This document shows positions 50,990-61,216 of a stretch of DNA of 64,000 bases, in pieces. This DNA is from Lysobacteraceae bacterium (lineage in GTDB: Bacteria > Pseudomonadota > Gammaproteobacteria > Xanthomonadales > Xanthomonadaceae). The stretch spans positions 36,387 to 100,386 of the forward strand of contig JAWLAW010000010.1 in assembly GCA_041395265.1 (NCBI GenBank). Reading direction: 5' to 3'. The translations under genes were made by a program, and so were the position numbers. The number at the start of each line of letters is the position of its first letter. Within the stretch, counting starts at the first letter, position 1. Under the pieces are notes generated by a model. That model was not told where the DNA came from and did not search any database. It saw nothing but the letters and a program-made list of their open reading frames with translations.

Positions 50990-52018
50990 ATGATAACCGC
51001 AAGCCCACTCCCCGCGCAGCCAGCCGCTGCGGACTGGCGCCAGCAGTGGCGCGATGCCGAGCGTGACCCGCGACGCCTGCTTGCCCGGCTGGGGCTGGAC
51101 AGGCTTGCCGAGCGCCTGGCCTTCGATGGCCTGCGGGACTTTCCACTGCGCGTGCCGATGAGCTTCATCGAGCGTATGCGGCCGGGCGATCCGGACGATC
51201 CGCTGCTGCGCCAGGTATTGCCGCTGGACGACGAGGATCGCCTGATCCCGGGTTTCGTCGATGACGCGGTCGGCGATGGCAACGCACTGACTGCCAACGG
51301 CGTCCTGCAGAAGTACCGGGGGCGTGCGCTGCTGATCGCCACCGGCAGTTGTGCGGTGCACTGTCGCTACTGCTTCCGCCGGCATTTCCCCTATGCCGAC
51401 GAAACCGCGGCCGCCGGCCACTGGGTCGAGGCCCTGCAACGGCTTCGCGACGACGACAGCATCAACGAGGTCATCCTGTCCGGCGGCGACCCGCTGTCGC
51501 TGTCCAACCCCAAATTGGCAGAGCTGATCGAAGCGCTGGACACCATTCCTCATCTGCACACCCTGCGCATCCACAGCCGCCTCCCGGTTGTGCTGCCGGC
51601 GCGCGTCGATGCCGGCCTGCTGTCATTGCTCAGCCAATCACGGCTGCACAAGGTGGTCGTCATCCACGCCAACCACGGCAACGAGCTTCGCCTGCACGGT
51701 CAGCCGCACGCGGAAACCGCCACCGCACTCGCCGCGCTTCGCGACCACGGCTGCACGCTGCTGAACCAGGCGGTACTGCTGCGCGGCGTCAACGACAGCG
51801 AAGACGCGCTGACCGGACTCAGCGAGGCACTGTTCGATGCCGGGGTATTGCCCTACTACCTGCACCAGTTGGATCGGGTGCGCGGCGCGGCTCACTTCGA
51901 GGTGGACGACGACACGGCCCTGCGCCTGGTGGAAGCGCTGCGCGCCCGCCTGCCCGGTTATCTGGTGCCAAGGCTGGTGCGGGAAATCCCCGGCGCCACC
52001 AGCAAAACGCCAATCTGA
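50990..52018 (+). CDS. epmB: EF-P beta-lysylation protein EpmB (lysine 2,3-aminomutase-like radical SAM)
   Basis: Motifs are [40 protein letters not shown] and SGGDPLS. It is divergent from efp. Confidence 0.85.
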   Translation: MITASPLPAQPAAADWRQQWRDAERDPRRLLARLGLDRLAERLAFDGLRDFPLRVPMSFIERMRPGDPDDPLLRQVLPLDDEDRLIPGFVDDAVGDGNALTANGVLQKYRGRALLIATGSCAVHCRYCFRRHFPYADETAAAGHWVEALQRLRDDDSINEVILSGGDPLSLSNPKLAELIEALDTIPHLHTLRIHSRLPVVLPARVDAGLLSLLSQSRLHKVVVIHANHGNELRLHGQPHAETATALAALRDHGCTLLNQAVLLRGVNDSEDALTGLSEALFDAGVLPYYLHQLDRVRGAAHFEVDDDTALRLVEALRARLPGYLVPRLVREIPGATSKTPI

Positions 52019-52145
52019 TCACGGAATAGGGCGAACGACCCCAAGGTCCGATGGAAGGATTTGCCCCAAACGGTGCAAAATTGACGGCCGGTGGCCAATT
52101 TCGGCCGACGCGTGTAAAAGTAGCCAGTCACAGGGATATTCAGGA

Positions 52146-54224
52146 ATGTCGATGCAGGACTCCGTCGTACGCGTGGTGTTGGTGGAAGACCGGCTCGAAG
52201 ACGCCGAGCAGATCATCAGCATTCTCCGTAACGGCGGCATCGCGGTGCGCCCAAACCGCCCCGAAAACGAGGAGGAGCTGGAGCGGCAGCTTGCCAACCA
52301 GCCGCTGGATCTGGTGCTGGTCGCCCGTAACTGCCAGACCATCGCCCTCCAGGACGTCGTGTCGGCGGTCGAGGCCAGCGGCAAGGACATTCCGGTACTG
52401 GTCACCGACACCGAAATCAACACTGATTTCGCAGTGCAGATGATGTCGCTCGGAATTAGTGCCATCGCGTTGCGCGACCGGCCAGAGCACATTCAGGCCG
52501 TTGTCTCGCAGGAATTCCAGGCGCTCGAACAGCGTCGATCCACGCGTCGGCTGGAAGCGGCTCTCCGCGAAAGCGAGCGACGTTGCGATGCATTGATCGA
52601 TTCGTCGCGCGACCCCATCGCCTATGTCCACGAAGGCATGCATATCCGCGGCAACCAGGCCTACCTGGAAATGTTCGGCTACGAGGAGTTCGAGGAGATC
52701 GAAGGCCTGTCGGTTCTGGACATGGTGGCATCCTCGCATGCCGAGGAATTCAAGAACTTGCTGAAGTCGCTGAGCAAGGGCGAGCCCCCGCCCAAGTCCA
52801 TCGAACTGACAGCGCAGCGCTCGGATGGCACCACGTTTGATGCGGTCATGGAGTTCACCCAGGCCACGTACGAAGGCGAGCCCTGCCAGCAGATCGTGTT
52901 CCGCCAACAGCTCATCGATGCGGAAATGGCGGCCGAACTGGACTCGCTGCGTTCGCGCGACCAGATCACGGGCCTGTTCAACCGTTCGCATTTCATGGGC
53001 CAGCTTGACGACGCGGTCGGCGAAGCCGCCAAGGGCAGCAGCAACCAGGGCATCCTGCTGGTCGATATCGACGGCTACGCCGGCCTGCTCAACAATATCG
53101 GGCTGGGTCAGGCCGATGCCCTGCTCCGCGCTGCCGGCGAGCGCCTGCAGGGGCTGCTCTCCCAGAGCGAAGTCTGCGCCCGCTTCAGTGATCATGGGTT
53201 TGCCGTCCTCTGCCGCGGCGATCACAAGAACACCCACGCCATCGCGCAATCCATCCACAACGGTTTCCAGGGCAGCGTGCTGGAAATCGACAAGCATTCG
53301 CTCAACCTGACCGTCAGCATTGGTGGCGTCCAGATCGGCGAGAAGATCGCCAGCACCCAGCAAGTGCTGGCCAAGGCCGGGCAATGCCTGCAGTCGTCGA
53401 TCGCCCAGTCCGGCAACAAGATCGAGATCTTCGATCCGGCCGCACGTGATCGCGCCGAGGAAGAGCGCATCCTGCAATGGGTGGAGAAGATCAAGCAGGC
53501 GCTGGACAAGAACGAGTTCGTGCTGCACTTCCAGCCGATCATCAACCTGCATGAGGAAAGCGAACGCTGCTACGAGTGCCTGCTGCGCATGCGGTCGGAG
53601 GGCGGCGAACTCATCCCGCCGATGACCTTCCTCCCCATTGCCGAGGAACATGGGCTGATGGAGCGCATCGACCGCTGGGTCATCGGCCGCGCCATCAGCA
53701 GTATTGAGGAAGAAACCAAGAAGGGAAGAACCACCCGTCTGCTGGTCAAGATCACCCCTGACAGTCTCGCTGATGACAAGCTACCGTCGCTGATTGCCAG
53801 CCAGTTGCAGCGGGTCGGCGCCAGCGGTGATCACCTGGTACTTTCGATCCCCGAATCCAAGGTCGTGACCAACCTCAACGCCGCAAAGGAGTTCCAGCAG
53901 GCGTTGGCGACCAACGGCGTCGGGCTGTGCATCGAGCAGTTCGGCAGCGGGCTCAATTCAATCCAGATGCTGCAGCACATCGATGTGCAGTACCTGAAAC
54001 TTGACAAGTCGTTCATGGAAGACCTGGGCAAGAATCCGGACAGCCAGGCCAAGGTTCGCGACCTGTCGCAGCAGGCGCGGGATGCCGGAAAGCTGACCAT
54101 CGCCGACTACGTGCAGGACGCAGCCAGCATGACGGTGTTGTTCACCAGCAGCGTCGATCTGGTTGAAGGCGACTTCCTCGCACCTGCCGGACCAGAAATG
54201 AACTACGAGTTCGGACAAGGCTGA
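52146..54224 (+). CDS. FimX-like c-di-GMP signalling protein: pseudo-receiver + PAS + degenerate GGDEF + degenerate EAL
   Basis: The REC-like N-terminus has DLVLVARN, with Ala at the phospho-Asp position. A PAS domain follows. The GGDEF site reads SDHGF. The EAL site reads ECL, with EQFGSG and ADYVQD replacing DDFGTG and AEGVE. Confidence 0.8.
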   Translation: MSMQDSVVRVVLVEDRLEDAEQIISILRNGGIAVRPNRPENEEELERQLANQPLDLVLVARNCQTIALQDVVSAVEASGKDIPVLVTDTEINTDFAVQMMSLGISAIALRDRPEHIQAVVSQEFQALEQRRSTRRLEAALRESERRCDALIDSSRDPIAYVHEGMHIRGNQAYLEMFGYEEFEEIEGLSVLDMVASSHAEEFKNLLKSLSKGEPPPKSIELTAQRSDGTTFDAVMEFTQATYEGEPCQQIVFRQQLIDAEMAAELDSLRSRDQITGLFNRSHFMGQLDDAVGEAAKGSSNQGILLVDIDGYAGLLNNIGLGQADALLRAAGERLQGLLSQSEVCARFSDHGFAVLCRGDHKNTHAIAQSIHNGFQGSVLEIDKHSLNLTVSIGGVQIGEKIASTQQVLAKAGQCLQSSIAQSGNKIEIFDPAARDRAEEERILQWVEKIKQALDKNEFVLHFQPIINLHEESERCYECLLRMRSEGGELIPPMTFLPIAEEHGLMERIDRWVIGRAISSIEEETKKGRTTRLLVKITPDSLADDKLPSLIASQLQRVGASGDHLVLSIPESKVVTNLNAAKEFQQALATNGVGLCIEQFGSGLNSIQMLQHIDVQYLKLDKSFMEDLGKNPDSQAKVRDLSQQARDAGKLTIADYVQDAASMTVLFTSSVDLVEGDFLAPAGPEMNYEFGQG

Positions 54225-54251
54225 TCGCAATATCCACCACGCCCGGACACG

Positions 54252-54279
54252 AAAGAGGCCGCGCAAACGCGGCCTTTTT
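54252..54279. terminator. Bidirectional terminator
   Basis: aaagaggccgcg-caaa-cgcggccttttt. Confidence 0.7.
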
Positions 54280-54403
54280 CACGAGTAAGGGCAAGTAATA
54301 TAAGTCAACGGCTTCGCTGTCTGCGAGGCGTCAGATTTTTGCGCCGTCGATCTAGCCGTTCCTTGCTTGCAGCAGGCGAAGCCTCCGGCTCACGCTCACT
54401 ACC

Positions 54404-55273
54404 TCACTGCTGCTGAAGCCGCGCAATGCGCTCCTGCAGCGGCGGATGGGTCATGAACAGCCGCTTCAGGCCGCTACCGACGGAACCGGAAATACCGAAC
54501 GCCCGCGCCTCGTTGGGTAACGTGCTGACGCCGTAGGTCTGGCTGAGCCGCTGCAGCGCAGCGACCATCTTGCCGCGTCCCGCGAGCTTCGCACCGCCGG
54601 CATCGGCGCGGAACTCGCGCCAGCGGCTGAACGCATTGACGATCATCGAGGCAAAGATGCCGAAGACGATGTCGAGCGCGAACACGATGATGTAGTAGGC
54701 GAAGCTGACACCTCCATCACGATTGCCGCTGATCCAGGCATCGACGATGCGTCCGACCACGCGCGCGAAGAAGATCACGAAGGTGTTCATCACACCCTGC
54801 AGCAGCGCCATGGTGACCATGTCACCGTTGGCCACGTGACTGACCTCATGACCGAGCACGGCCTCGACCTCGTCGCGCTGCATGCCGCGCAACAGACCGG
54901 TCGATACCGCCACCAGTGAACTGTTGCGGGTCATGCCGGTGGCGAAAGCATTCAGTTCCGGTGCGTCGTAGACGGCGACCTCCGGCATCTTGATACCCGC
55001 CGCTTCGGATTGCCGGCGCACGGTGTTCAGCAGCCAGGCTTCAGCCTCGTTGCGCGGCTGCTCGATCACCACCGCACCGGTGCTGCGCTTGGCCATCCAC
55101 TTCGACAGCGCCAATGACACGAAGCTGCCACCCATGCCAAACACGGCGGCGAACACGATCAGGGTACCGTTGTTGCCGAGGTTGATGCCGAAAGCCTGCA
55201 GCACGCTGAGGACAATGCCGACGAGCACCAGAACGGCCATGTTGGTGGCCAGGAACAGAAAGACGCGTTTCAT
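54404..55273 (-). CDS. htpX: Zinc metalloprotease HtpX
   Basis: It has the [11 protein letters not shown] (HExxH) motif, four TM segments and the N-terminus [11 protein letters not shown]. Confidence 0.93.
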   Translation of the reverse strand: MKRVFLFLATNMAVLVLVGIVLSVLQAFGINLGNNGTLIVFAAVFGMGGSFVSLALSKWMAKRSTGAVVIEQPRNEAEAWLLNTVRRQSEAAGIKMPEVAVYDAPELNAFATGMTRNSSLVAVSTGLLRGMQRDEVEAVLGHEVSHVANGDMVTMALLQGVMNTFVIFFARVVGRIVDAWISGNRDGGVSFAYYIIVFALDIVFGIFASMIVNAFSRWREFRADAGGAKLAGRGKMVAALQRLSQTYGVSTLPNEARAFGISGSVGSGLKRLFMTHPPLQERIARLQQQ

Positions 55274-55463
55274 GTTGTCGCTTTGCTCCGCAAAGGGGAA
55301 TGGCTATCGCGAGGGACGAGGCCGGAAACCGGGTGTGACGGTCACGAAGCGGATGTTCGTGCGTCGGTGACAACAGGATGCGGCCTCACTCCTCCTCGTT
55401 TCTGTGGTTTCATGGCCGCGATTTCAAGCTCCACGAACGATAGCGACAAACGATTCCGGTTGC

Positions 55464-56231
55464 ATGAACCTGACCGCACTGACCCCCATCTCCGGCCCCG
55501 CCCACCTCCTGCTCGGCTTCCGCCTGCTGCTGCGACCCGGGCTGCGCCGCTTCGTGCTGCTGCCGCTGCTCGGCAACATCCTGCTGTTCTCGCTGGGTTT
55601 CGGCGCCGGCCTGTACGGATTGGATGCCGCGATGGACAGTTGGCTGGGCGACAGCTATGGCTGGCTGCGATGGCTGCTGTACCCGGTGCTGGCGCTGCTG
55701 TTTCTGGTAATCAGCTTCTACGGCTTCACCCTGCTCGCCAACCTGCTGCTGGCACCGTTCAACGGCGTGCTGGCGGCGCGGGTGGAGAAACTGCTGACCG
55801 GCGAGGCGCCGGCCGACCTTGGCCGCAGCCTGTGGACCGAGGCATGGTTCACCGTACGCCAGGAATCCAAGCGCATCGCCATGATCGTGCTGCTACTGGG
55901 CAGCGTGTTCCTGTTGAGCCTGATCCCCGGCGTCGGACTGATCGCGGCGCCGATCGGCTTGCTGCTGGCCGGATGGCTGCTGGCCGCCGACTTTTCCGGC
56001 AACGCCATGGGCAACTGGGGTTTCGATTTCTCCGCACAGCGGCAGTTTCGCGGGCGACATCGCTGGCCGTTCCTGAGTTTCGGTCTGTCGGCAATGGGCC
56101 TCGCGCTGGTGCCGGTACTGAATTTCGCGCTGCTACCGGCCGCGGTGGCCGGCTCAACGGCGCTTTGCATCCGTCTGCGCGATGCCGAATCCAGCAAACG
56201 CCCGACGCCGGATGACGTCACTTCAGGCTGA
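55464..56231 (+). CDS. cysZ: Sulfate transporter CysZ (EI24/DUF540 family)
   Basis: GFRLLLRPGLRRFVLLPLLGNILLF is CysZ-like, and the protein has a 4-TM core. Confidence 0.75.
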   Translation: MNLTALTPISGPAHLLLGFRLLLRPGLRRFVLLPLLGNILLFSLGFGAGLYGLDAAMDSWLGDSYGWLRWLLYPVLALLFLVISFYGFTLLANLLLAPFNGVLAARVEKLLTGEAPADLGRSLWTEAWFTVRQESKRIAMIVLLLGSVFLLSLIPGVGLIAAPIGLLLAGWLLAADFSGNAMGNWGFDFSAQRQFRGRHRWPFLSFGLSAMGLALVPVLNFALLPAAVAGSTALCIRLRDAESSKRPTPDDVTSG

Positions 56232-57087
56232 GCCTTATCGCGGGCGTTTTGCGCCCTCGCCCACCGGGCCGCTGCATTTCGGCTCGTTGTTCGCAGCACT
56301 CGGAAGCTGGCTGCGGGCACGACAGGCTGGCGGCGAGTGGCTGGTTCGGATCGAGGATCTCGACCCACCACGAACGGTTCCCGGTGCCAGTCGGCAGCAG
56401 TTGGAAACCCTGAAACGATTCGGCCTGGTTCCCGACCAGGAACCAGCCTGGCAAAGCCAGCGCAGCCAGCACTACGACGACGCGCTGTCGCTGCTGATCG
56501 AGAAGCACCTCGCCTACCCCTGCGCCTGTTCACGCAACGACCTTGCGCCCTTCGACGGCCTGCACCCGGCACACTGCGTCGCCAGCCGGCCGGATCGCGC
56601 ACCGGCCTGGCGTGCCCGGACCAGCGAGGTCAACATCAACCACGACGACCTGATCCAGGGCCGGCAGCAGGCACGCTTGGCTCGCGGTGACGACTTCGTG
56701 CTGAAACGCACCGAAGGCTTCTACGCCTACCAGTTGGCGGTGGTCGTCGATGATGCGGCTCAGGGCATCACCGAGGTCGTTCGCGGTGCCGACCTGCTGG
56801 ACGAAACACCACGCCAGATCTGGCTGCAGCGGGCGCTGGGATATCCGACACCGGCCTACGTGCACCTGCCGCTGCTGCTCGATGACGATGGCCGCAAACT
56901 CAGCAAGTCCGAGACCGCGAAAGCCGTGGATGGCGATGATCCGGTCCCGGCACTGCGCGCGGCACTCCGCCTGCTTGCCATGGAGCCCACCGGCAGCCGG
57001 CCCGACGAGTTGTTGCAGCAAGCCATCCAGGATGTTGACTGGAACCGCCTGCGCGGTCTGCGCCGGCTTCCGGCACCACTGGACTGA
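56212..57087 (+). CDS. gluQ: Glutamyl-Q tRNA(Asp) synthetase
   Basis: Motifs are YRGRFAPSPTGPLHFGSL and KLSKS. It is a truncated GluRS paralogue of about 290 aa. Confidence 0.85.
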   Translation: MTSLQAEPYRGRFAPSPTGPLHFGSLFAALGSWLRARQAGGEWLVRIEDLDPPRTVPGASRQQLETLKRFGLVPDQEPAWQSQRSQHYDDALSLLIEKHLAYPCACSRNDLAPFDGLHPAHCVASRPDRAPAWRARTSEVNINHDDLIQGRQQARLARGDDFVLKRTEGFYAYQLAVVVDDAAQGITEVVRGADLLDETPRQIWLQRALGYPTPAYVHLPLLLDDDGRKLSKSETAKAVDGDDPVPALRAALRLLAMEPTGSRPDELLQQAIQDVDWNRLRGLRRLPAPLD

Positions 57088-57248
57088 TCCTGCGGGATCG
57101 ATCTTTCGAGAGTCATCCTGAGGAAATCGTCCCGCAGCAATCACCCCGCAGCGCAACAAGACCTGACATCTGGTCTGTGTAGAATCGGCCCGCAAATCGA
57201 GCGCACGAAGTTGCGGCAGCAATCACACCAGTTTTCGGGAGAGGAACA

Positions 57249-57989
<741 letters not shown>

Positions 57990-58159
57990 GACAGGCAGCC
58001 AGCAGTCCGCACCGGCAGGTGCAGCATGCCGTCGGGCAGCAGGCCCGTGCTCGACGGCGGCGCGACCCAACGCCACATCACTTGCACCGCATGACGCACT
58101 GCGCCATGCTGCCAATCCGGGCGCGTTTTGCTGCGCCGCAAAAGTCCAGACAGCAGCAC

Positions 58160-58630
58160 ATGGCAACAAAGCGGATCATCAAGAAGTACCCGAACCGTCG
58201 TCTGTACGACACCGAGATTTCCAGCTACATCACGCTGGAGGATGTCCGCCAGCTGATCGCCGACGACGAGGAATTCGAGGTCCGCGACGCCAAGAGCGGC
58301 GAGGACCTGACCCGCTCGGTCCTGCTGCAGATCATCGCAGAGCATGAAGAGCGCGGGCAGCCGATCCTGTCCACGCAACTGCTCAGCCAGATCATCCGCT
58401 TCTACGGCGATTCGCTGCAGGGCTTCATGGGCAGCTACCTCGACCGCAGCATGCAGCTGTTTCTCGACCAGCAGACCCAGTTCCGCAGCCAGCTCAACAG
58501 CCTGCTGGGGCAGACGCCGTGGACCATGCTCAACCAGCTCACCGAGCAGAACATGGACATGTGGAACTCGTTCCAGAAGGGGCTGTTGGAAGCCGTTCCT
58601 GGTAACAAGAAGCGCTCTCAGAAGAGCTGA
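58160..58630 (+). CDS. phaR: Polyhydroxyalkanoate synthesis repressor PhaR
   Basis: The sequence MATKRIIKKYPNRRLYDTEISSYITLEDVRQLI is typical of PhaR. Confidence 0.85.
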   Translation: MATKRIIKKYPNRRLYDTEISSYITLEDVRQLIADDEEFEVRDAKSGEDLTRSVLLQIIAEHEERGQPILSTQLLSQIIRFYGDSLQGFMGSYLDRSMQLFLDQQTQFRSQLNSLLGQTPWTMLNQLTEQNMDMWNSFQKGLLEAVPGNKKRSQKS

Positions 58631-58726
58631 CGATCCGGCGTCCACCAGCACCGTCGTCGGAGGGCGATTCACGCCACCTCGCATGGCCGCAGACAAACTG
58701 TCAGCCCTATCCTTCCGGAGCAAGTA

Positions 58727-59467
58727 ATGACCCAGCGCATCGCCGTTGTCAGCGGCGGCATTGGCGGGCTCGGCACCGCCATCTGCGAACACCTCGCCAC
58801 CAGCGGCCACCGCGTGATCGCCACCGACCTGGCCGCGCGTGAAGAGCGCATCGACGCGTTCCGCCAGGAGCACGCCGGCAGGGACGTTTACTTCGAACCG
58901 GCCGATGTCTCCGACATCGCACAGTGCGCTGCGCTGATCCAGCGCATCGAGAAACAGCACGGCGCCGTTGATGTGCTGGTCAATGCCGCCGGCATCACGC
59001 GAGACGTCACCCTGCGAAAAATGACTGCCGAACAATGGCAGGACGTGCTGCGAGTCAACCTGGATGGCGTGTTCAACCTGTGCCGGCAGGTGGTCGACGG
59101 CATGTGTGAACGAGGCTTCGGACGTATCGTCAATATCGCCTCGGTGAACGGCCAGACCGGCCAGTTTGGCCAGGCCAACTACGCTGCGGCCAAGGCCGGC
59201 ATGCACGGCTTCAGCATGTCGCTGGCACGAGAGGTCGCGCGCAAGGGCGTCACCGTGAACAGCGTGTCACCCGGCTACTGCGAAACGGCAATGGTGATGG
59301 CCGTGCCGGAAGCCGTTCGCGAAAAAATCATCGATCAGGTGCCGGTTGGCCGGTTGGGAAAGCCATCCGAAATCGCCCGTACAGTGGACTTCCTTTGCGC
59401 CGAAGACGCCGGCTTCATCACCGGCGCCAATATTCCGGTGAATGGCGGACTGTTCATGAGTTTCTAG
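58727..59467 (+). CDS. Acetoacetyl-CoA reductase paralogue (SDR)
   Basis: Motifs are SGGIGGLGTAI, NAAGITRD and GQFGQANYAAAKAGMHGFS. Confidence 0.8.
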   Translation: MTQRIAVVSGGIGGLGTAICEHLATSGHRVIATDLAAREERIDAFRQEHAGRDVYFEPADVSDIAQCAALIQRIEKQHGAVDVLVNAAGITRDVTLRKMTAEQWQDVLRVNLDGVFNLCRQVVDGMCERGFGRIVNIASVNGQTGQFGQANYAAAKAGMHGFSMSLAREVARKGVTVNSVSPGYCETAMVMAVPEAVREKIIDQVPVGRLGKPSEIARTVDFLCAEDAGFITGANIPVNGGLFMSF

Positions 59468-59489
59468 CGCCTCGCAGGCGCAGATGCAC

Positions 59490-61151
59490 TCAGGAGCCCG
59501 GGGCGCTATCGGCGTTGTCAGGCTCGCGCAGGCGCGCCGGCATGCGCGCCTCGGCGACGGCCACGCCCTGTTCTTCCCAACGTTGATAGCTGCCGTCCGC
59601 GCCGCGAACCCGATCCCGGATCCCTCGATGTTCGCTGCTGAAATCGCGCTTGCGGACGCCAACCTGATAGGGCACCGCTTCGGAGAAGGTTTGCTCGACA
59701 CGGAAGCAGACGCTTTGCGGCACGGAGTCCGGCAACGTGATCTGCAGCTTCAGCGAACTTACCTGGCCACTGCGAATGGCATCGGTCACCGCTTCCTGAC
59801 ACATGCGGAACAGCAGCGTTCGCTGACCATCTCCCAGCGCTTCGAGGCGTGAATCGATCCGATACGCAGCATCGATGCCAGCCTCTTCCAACAAGTGACC
59901 TAGAATGCCATCCCGAAGCGCCGACACCAGACCTTCCGCCTTCGGCGGCGTCGGAGCAAGGCGGCTGACGACGCTGCGGATCGTGGTGTGCAGGTCGCGA
60001 ACCATCTCGCGCATGGCATCCACCACCGCCAGCATTTCAGGATCACGGCTCTGCCGCGACGCCAGACCCAGCCGCACACCCATGGTGGACATGGACTGAC
60101 CAAGCTCATCCTGCAATTCGCCGGCGATCCGCTGCTGCTCTTCTTCCTGCACCCGTACAAGGCGCCGGCTCAATTCACTGAGTTCACTGGACTGGTCGCG
60201 CAACTGCTGGTTGGCCTCCGACAGCGCGCGAACGTTTTCGGCCAACTCAGCATTGCTCGCTCGAATCGAATCGACTGCCGCTCCCAGCATCAGCGTGCCG
60301 GACCCGAACACGGCAACGATCAACTGCATCAGCGCACGATCAATCGCCACCTCGCCCAACTCGCCGATGGCATAAATGCCGAAGCTGGTCACCAGCAGCG
60401 CCGCTGCGGCACCGCGCCACCCGTAGCGGAACGCAGTCACCATGGTTGGTGTCAGCGCGAGCACCAACAGGTAGCCGGAGACCTTGGGCCACACCCATGC
60501 TGCCAAGGCGCAGGCAGCAAGTGGAAGCAGGATGGGCATTACACAACGCAGCAGCATCTCGCGCCATTCGGCAAGGCTGCGGAGGTCGGCCAGCATCATC
60601 AGACCGGGCGCGGCAATCAGCATCGACACGAAGTCCCCGACCGCCATGCCCACGGCCCGCTCAGGAATGGATTCGCGACTCAGTACGCCGTCAACGTACT
60701 GTGAGAAGGTGAGCAAGGGTGAAACCAGCGAAGCTGCCACCAGACACATCAACAGCAGTCGCAGCATCGCCGCCGGGCTGGTCGGACGAGCGCCCTGCCG
60801 CCAGCCAGCCGCCACAACAATCGCGCCGATCACCCATGGCGGGCCGTTGACCAGGAAAGCGGCCAACCAGGACTTGTAAACCAAGTGGCCGTCCAGATAC
60901 AGCCAGAAGATTGCCAGGCCTTCACCCACCAGCAACCAGGGCCAGAACCGACGGGGCGCGAGCAACAGGCAGCCGATACGCAGACCGGCCGGTAGAAACC
61001 AGTAGTAGCTCGATACCTGATAGCCGACAACCCAGAGTAGCGTGTAGAGCGGTGCCCAAAGCCACGGTACGAGCAGCAGTCGCGGCAACCCATCATCGGA
61101 ACGCGGACGGGGCCGCGTGGTGGACGATGGCGGCGATTGCAGTTCAACCAT
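59490..61151 (-). CDS. MASE1-type membrane sensor with a degenerate HisKA_3/HATPase module (probable pseudo-histidine kinase, UhpB-like architecture)
   Basis: About 8 TM segments are followed by a coiled coil. The H-box reads RIAGELQDELGQ, with Gln where His is expected. The N-box reads QEAVTDAIRSG, with N changed to D. There is no DxGxG G1 box. The G2 box survives only as a remnant, GIRDRV. Confidence 0.75.
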   Translation of the reverse strand: MVELQSPPSSTTRPRPRSDDGLPRLLLVPWLWAPLYTLLWVVGYQVSSYYWFLPAGLRIGCLLLAPRRFWPWLLVGEGLAIFWLYLDGHLVYKSWLAAFLVNGPPWVIGAIVVAAGWRQGARPTSPAAMLRLLLMCLVAASLVSPLLTFSQYVDGVLSRESIPERAVGMAVGDFVSMLIAAPGLMMLADLRSLAEWREMLLRCVMPILLPLAACALAAWVWPKVSGYLLVLALTPTMVTAFRYGWRGAAAALLVTSFGIYAIGELGEVAIDRALMQLIVAVFGSGTLMLGAAVDSIRASNAELAENVRALSEANQQLRDQSSELSELSRRLVRVQEEEQQRIAGELQDELGQSMSTMGVRLGLASRQSRDPEMLAVVDAMREMVRDLHTTIRSVVSRLAPTPPKAEGLVSALRDGILGHLLEEAGIDAAYRIDSRLEALGDGQRTLLFRMCQEAVTDAIRSGQVSSLKLQITLPDSVPQSVCFRVEQTFSEAVPYQVGVRKRDFSSEHRGIRDRVRGADGSYQRWEEQGVAVAEARMPARLREPDNADSAPGS

Positions 61152-61216
61152 AGGGCAGCCCGAGGACAGACGCCGGCATCATCCCATGCCTGTCTCCAGG
61201 ACGCTAACCAGCGATC

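Noticed and set aside
55274-55463. Possible sigma32 promoter for htpX (cttgaaa on the minus strand).
   Set aside because: The CTTGAAA-like -35 element is followed at the right spacing by ccacag rather than CCCCAT, and it would give a ~150-nt leader. The evidence is too weak to call.
57162-57185. Possible sigma70 promoter (ctgaca ... tagaat) upstream of phaB1.
   Set aside because: The spacer is only ~11 nt, and the TG is not positioned for an extended -10 element. I did not call it.
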